Both the position numbers and the translations under genes were made by a program. A stretch of DNA of 64,000 nucleotides, taken from Asterias rubens. Its lineage: Eukaryota. Within the stretch, counting starts at the first letter, position 1. Every line of letters starts with the position of its first letter. The notes under the pieces were generated by a model. That model ran no database searches. It worked only from the letters and a program-made list of their open reading frames with translations, and was not told where the DNA came from. The DNA lies in the NCBI RefSeq assembly GCF_902459465.1, contig NC_047072.1, positions 8,060,001 through 8,124,000 of the forward strand, given 5' to 3'. Below are positions 58,685 through 64,000 of the stretch, piece after piece.

Positions 58685-60284
58685 CAGCATGCAAAGAAAA
58701 ACTTCCCGCATGGCATTGGACTCAGTGACGCCAAAGCCGAACCATCGTGATCCACTTAGAATAATTTCACCCCCCCCCCCCCCTCCGTCTGTATGTAATG
58801 TGTATACAGAAGAACCACACCAATATGACCTGTGATTATGCATGCTTAAGCACTGTGTTTTCTCTCCTCGCCATAAGCAATTTACCAAAAATGCATTTGT
58901 AATTTAGGACGAGCATTTGGCTTCTATAGACAACAGGATTTAGCCTCAGATCATTATTGAGCTACTCCAGAATTAATAAGTTTGTGTCATATGAATAATT
59001 GCATCGGGGCAAAATGAAATATAAAAAAAAGAAGACGTCCAAGGTCATGAGTGACATTTACTTGGAAATTACAGTTACTATGGCCACTTGATGTTAAAGT
59101 TGCTTAGTACACCAGTTTTTCGTTCAAATATGTGAACGATGTCTGAAAGAGTTTAAGTGTGCGCAAACTAAAAAATTTTCTGGAGTATTTCTAGAGCTAC
59201 ATAGTCTGCGGAAGTACAAATTTGCCCAGAGAATTGTTTATGTAGTTTTATTTTATTAAAACTTCAAAACTAAGAAATGCTTATCCGCTGGCCAGTCCCC
59301 AGTTATAAATTCTGAGGACCAGTCCTGCCTGGCTATAGTTCAATCGTGGAGGAAGGAAATACAATCCTTCCTCCATGGTTCAATGCTTATAAAAGCTATG
59401 TGTGCTCAGAATGTACATGGTTTCAAACTCATGTCCTGCATAAAAAGACAGTGTTACAAGAAAACTTTTAAAAATGGACCAGTGAAGAAGCTAGTGAAAT
59501 GACAAGATGGCTAGTCCTCTGAAAAGGTTAAGGACGAAACCCTGACAACTAGAAGCTTACTTACGAGACATGTACGCAACTATCAAGGATTGGGATTAAC
59601 CTTTTACCCCCCACCCCCCTCTAAAAAATAACACAAAATAACAGCCCCCCCCCCCAAAAAAAAAAAAAAAGGGTTATGAGTACCCTCCCTTTATGATCAG
59701 GGCTAGATATAGAGTTCGTCTTAGCGAAAATTATTGCTAAACAATTGTCTGCTAAGAAAATTGTCTGCTAAGGACACCTGGTACAAACTGGACATGTGGC
59801 AGGTAAGTTTAGATGGTATCCTTACCCTGGTAAGCATAACTTTGTTGTGCTAAGCTACTTTTTGTGCTTGAGCAGTTCTATGAAACTGAGCTGAAGGGAC
59901 TACTAGACTAAACAAAGATGGCTGCACTTGTACTTTCCCATGAATAATAAAAAAAGAAAAAACCCGCAAGTCGGGATCCGCAAGTCATGTACTCAGATGA
60001 TTGAATCAAAATCAAAAATTGAAATTGTGGACGAAACCTCCGCACCTGGACAGAATCTCATTGTGGATTTGTTCCTAATCTACACCCACGCAAAAGAAGA
60101 AGAAAAAAAACCTTGGTATCCCCCCCCCCCCCAACGTTCTTGGAGTTCTTTGCGCAAGCCTCCATAGGTCAAGATGCAGTAACGGTGTAATTGTATTGAT
60201 GCTGTAATACTCGGATCTCCTCGGTGAGTGTATGATCTTTACGAGGAAAAAGTGCACCAGTCATAATGGGATCTTGTGAGTAGA

Positions 60285-60500
60285 CGATAAGCCGACTTAA
60301 AAATTAAAAGTTCTCGTCAGTTGAACTTCCCGCAAATTTGTTGAATGTTTAACAAAGATTTATTTCTTGTTGTGATTAATAACAATGAGTAAACGATAAG
60401 CCGACTTGAGAAGTTACAAATTCTCATCAGTTGAACTCCCCGGAAAACTTTTGAAGCATAAATGTTTAATAAGGAGTTATGTCTTCTTGTTGTGATGGAA
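60285..60500. repeat. Tandem duplication, ~110-bp unit x2
   Basis: acgataagccgactt...ttctc(g/a)tcagttgaact...aatgtttaa...ttcttgttgtgat occurs twice. Confidence 0.85.
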
Positions 60501-61761
60501 AACTTAAACACAGCTGCAGTGTTTCTTACCATTTCCTTTTTATATGGCCAAATCGTTTTGGAGTAAATACCAAAGGTATACATGTACCGAGCCTTCAAGC
60601 CGTGGTTTCAAGCGAATGGTTTTAATGAGGTTAAGAATGCTTTCCAGACCCCCTCAACTTTAAATCAATATTATATTATCTACAGATACACCTTTTAAAC
60701 ACAGCACTGAATGGTTAAACCTTTAAACCTTTTACAAGACCTTTCAGATCATTAATTGAATCTTTCAATAGCCACCCCCCCCCATCTCAAAGCTTTGATG
60801 TCTTTCACCCCAAGACACTACTCCCAATGAGGTACATGTGTCTTGTCAATTTTGTAAGACTGCACTACTATCACCCATTAGTGGAGCTTCAAAGACTGTC
60901 TCCCGCTTCCCCTCGGAAGAAAAAGAAGACAAAAAAAATGGAGTGCCAAATGTTTATTGATTATAAACTGTTTGAATTAGACTCTTGTATGATTGGGTGC
61001 AATTAGAGAATAAAGCTGTAGAGAGCTGCAATAAATTCCTTTGGGGTTCGGACCATGGGACAAATGATATCTATGTATAGAACTTGACAAAGTTATTATC
61101 AAAGGGCAAGGAATTTATCAGGATTTTATCCACGATATCAGGATTTTTTCAAATAATACTCTTGACAGAACAAAAGTCACTGGCTGTGTAAGAGAGTACG
61201 GCTAAGATGGCACAGAAAACGATTTTTTATGAAAATTGTGGTTTTGAGTTTTAAACCTTTATACAATTTGTTAGAGAACAGACCCCTTGCATATGACAAC
61301 AAGCTCAAAGAGCGCCCCCACTGAGGTCAAAGGAAGACCTGTCATTGGCCAAGAGTTGTGCGCAGCGGGTATGCACTCGCACATTTTCATTCATTGACCT
61401 CAATGGGTTTGGATGGATTTGTTTGCACTGTTCGTCCTGCGATGTTTTAAAAAAAAAATGACATAACTCATTTGAAGTTGACCGAACAGCATACTTTTTT
61501 TTGACTGAAATCTGTGGGAAAAAAATTGAAAGTTTGAAGAAAACCACCACTTAGAAAGTTTAATAATCCTTAGACAAATGTGAGAAATCAATGTGGTCAT
61601 ACCATCCCTTCAATAACTGCACACTGTGGTTGATTGTGTGGGACATATTCAAACACTTTACAAACCTGGCTTATGTTTTTTTTTTTGTCAGATCTTTATA
61701 TTATTGGGGAAGTGGACCGAACAAATTAGACAAATCAACCACATTCAGGAATAGCTTGCTT

Positions 61762-61794
<33 letters not shown>

Positions 61795-62849
61795 ATACAT
61801 GCCAAGAAAATATTATTATTAATGGTTTATTTATTCAACAATATTTTACACTGGCAGTAAAAAACTTAATTGCTGTCTTAAATTTACAATTAAAACAAAA
61901 TAAAAAGATAGTTAAATGTAATTCGACTACAACATAGACAAAACATTAAATTGCACAAATGACACAAGACCCCAATCTAAAGTAACAGGGCAAAAGACTC
62001 AGAATAGCAAAAAAAAAAATAAAAATCACAGAACAGTCCCTAACCAGATCTGGAAAGCGTTGCGACAACAGTTAAAAGTAAGGCCTACCTACCCCCCCAG
62101 AAAACAAAAGAGCGCGCAAACTTTCGAACAGGGGTCTCTATTTTAATTTTCTGTGAAAATTCATGATTATTACTGACTCATAACCAAAGAATATTTGTAG
62201 GGGGAAGAAAAATGAAGATTGAACATTGTGTTAAAGCAGACAAAATTACAAAAGACTGATTCATACTATATTCCCCCCCCCCCCCCCAACTACCACCTTC
62301 ATGAGCCTAGTCCCTTGGGATCCAACATTCAGACAACAACAACCTGACACTGGGTAGATAAGGTTACAGTAATCTTGCACAAAGTGATAATATTAGTACT
62401 AATTAATTAGTACACAATGCTCTACATAAAATGACAAGCGATAATTTACTCTATTTATCAACGGTGTATATACAGACCTATATCAATCTCCTGTTCGTAG
62501 TTTTTGTGAGATTGCATTAGACTTGGAAGTGAACTGTTTTTCTTATAACCTTTTGTTGGTTTTGTCTTGTCATCAGTGGCGTTACTGGACATTTTCATTT
62601 GGGATGTTGGGTTAAAGGTGCCATATTTTGTAGTATTTTTGACCATGTGAGGGCGCTCTCAAACATATTTGTATCACTGTCGGGGGGTATATTAATTCAT
62701 ACCCAAAACAGTTATTAAAGACTGGAACACATTACCACCACAAACATCATATCCACACGGACAATAAGATCTTTAAAGGAGCCGACAGAACAAAAGTGAC
62801 TGAACGGCTATGAAAACTGTGCAGGACGAATGGCTAGTTTAGATGTGGG

Positions 62850-63135
62850 CAGAAAAACCCTTAGTTTGAGGAAAAACCTGAACTTTCAGCTAGGACTAAG
62901 AAACTCAACCCACATGCAAGGCTCTTGTCTGAGGTGGGTTTCGAACTGTGTCCACAGAGGTGAAAGACAAGTGAAGAAATCTCAGTTTTAGATCTGAGAA
63001 GAAAACTCCCCAAACTAGGGACAAACCTGCACTGTGAGGTATGGACTTAAAAACTCAATTTACATTCAAGGCTTTGGTCTGAGGTAGGATTCGAACCGGG
63101 GTCCACAGAGGTGGATGGCAGGGGAAGAAACCACT
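62850..63135 (-). mobile_element. Two tandem copies of a tRNA-derived SINE-like repeat (family N; fragment also at 2215-2280)
   Basis: gtctgaggt(g/a)gg(t/a)ttcgaac...gtccacagaggtg occurs twice and contains a reverse-complement B-box. Confidence 0.7.
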
Positions 63136-63282
63136 GAATCCAATATGAATAATCAGGTCTTCCAGCGTCTTTCTTTGATCTAAGAAAATTGAATCTGAAT
63201 AGACCCATTTTGCTTTGAGTAATGCCTTAACTTGACATCAACATTTGGCCTGCAGCCAGCCACCCGCTTCAAAGCTATCTAG

Positions 63283-63344
63283 CTTAACAAGATTAAGTTG
63301 ACGAAGGAAAACATGATATTTGTCAAAGAATCACTGTCGACCGA
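63283..63344 (+). CDS. Weak candidate exon (LNKIKLTKENMIFVKESLST), or alternative start exon from ATG 63313
   Basis: Strong CCGA|GTAAGC donor. AG acceptors at 63254-63255 and 63281-63282, and aaaacATG context. No homology recognised. Confidence 0.28.
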
Positions 63345-63902
63345 GTAAGCACATTAATTGGCAGAGAGAAAGTTATTTGTCAAAGAGATTACAGAAGAGC
63401 GTTTCCAAACAAATGCCAAATTGGAAACCTGCAAAGACAAGTTTACTTTAAGACGAGTTGTTTTCATTTTGCAAACATTGTGCTTTCAGTGATTAGAATT
63501 AGATTAGAATGGTTTATAAGCCAATGGTTAAAAACAATCACCGGAGTTTGAAGTATTGGTCTCACATCAGTTTTCCATTAGGTTCCCTAAACCCCGAATA
63601 CAAACATTTTTAAACAGCATTTTGTCAAAAACATTCAATGGAACAGAACCAAAAAGATAAATGAACAGCATCAATTTTACATTTGCAGTGATGTAGTTAC
63701 CAATCAGATTAACAGCTGTGTGAAAGGCACAAACAAACACAACAAGATGTTGTTGTTGACTGGAATACTTTAATAGATCCTTCAAGAAAGACTCTGATTC
63801 AATGGTTCCTTTTGGTTGGTAAGCAGTTTGCAACAGCTAATTCTTTTTTCCCATTGACTATCCAAAGAAGTTGGCAAAGATCACACCTCTAGGTGTGTGT
63901 AC

Positions 63903-64000
63903 GTCCAACACCCCTATGTTCCAACACACCAATGTTCCAACACCCCTATGTTCCAACACACCAATGTTCCAACACCCCTATGTTCCAACACACCAATGTT
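63903..64000. repeat. 16-bp minisatellite with alternating variants (32-bp higher-order unit), runs off window end
   Basis: gttccaacacccctat and gttccaacacaccaat alternate. Confidence 0.95.

Noticed and set aside
58604-58888. ORF with a poly-Asn tract
   Set aside because: Product of the (TTA)n microsatellite.
62458-62646. Minus-strand ORF MVKNTTKYGTFNPTSQ... as a first exon
   Set aside because: Only a poor GTCTGT donor, and no downstream minus-strand exons could be found. Not supportable without RNA data.

Overview
AT-rich, repeat-dense animal genomic DNA, mostly intronic or intergenic. The repeat families and long 5'UTR style suggest a marine invertebrate, possibly an echinoderm such as a sea star (inference, not verifiable here). 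There are no operons, CRISPR arrays, rRNA or convincing functional tRNA genes. Nearly all entries in the ORF track are chance frames or frames inside repeats. The best-supported gene feature is one probable first coding exon (+, 24272-24430, MSKDFKSK...RMHKIQ, then a GTATGT donor) of an unidentified gene, followed by a very long intron. A few weaker exon candidates exist (6140, 19760, 53499, 63283). Non-autonomous mobile elements dominate: about 16 copies of a ~380-bp TTAA-flanked (Kolobok/T2-type) MITE plus related TTAA families, CWG-flanked (PIF/Harbinger-type) MITEs, several tRNA-derived SINE families, and 3' relics of L2 and RTE LINEs. Many are nested. The most interesting signal is a small Penelope-like (pLTR-type) element family carrying a type I hammerhead ribozyme motif. 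One copy (28734-28966) forms a long foldback with a 13-bp target duplication. A second (43474-44000) has its ribozyme split by a 355-bp MITE and can be reassembled. A third (469-522) is a 54-bp tail. All coordinates were read by hand and may be off by a few bases; no database searches were run.
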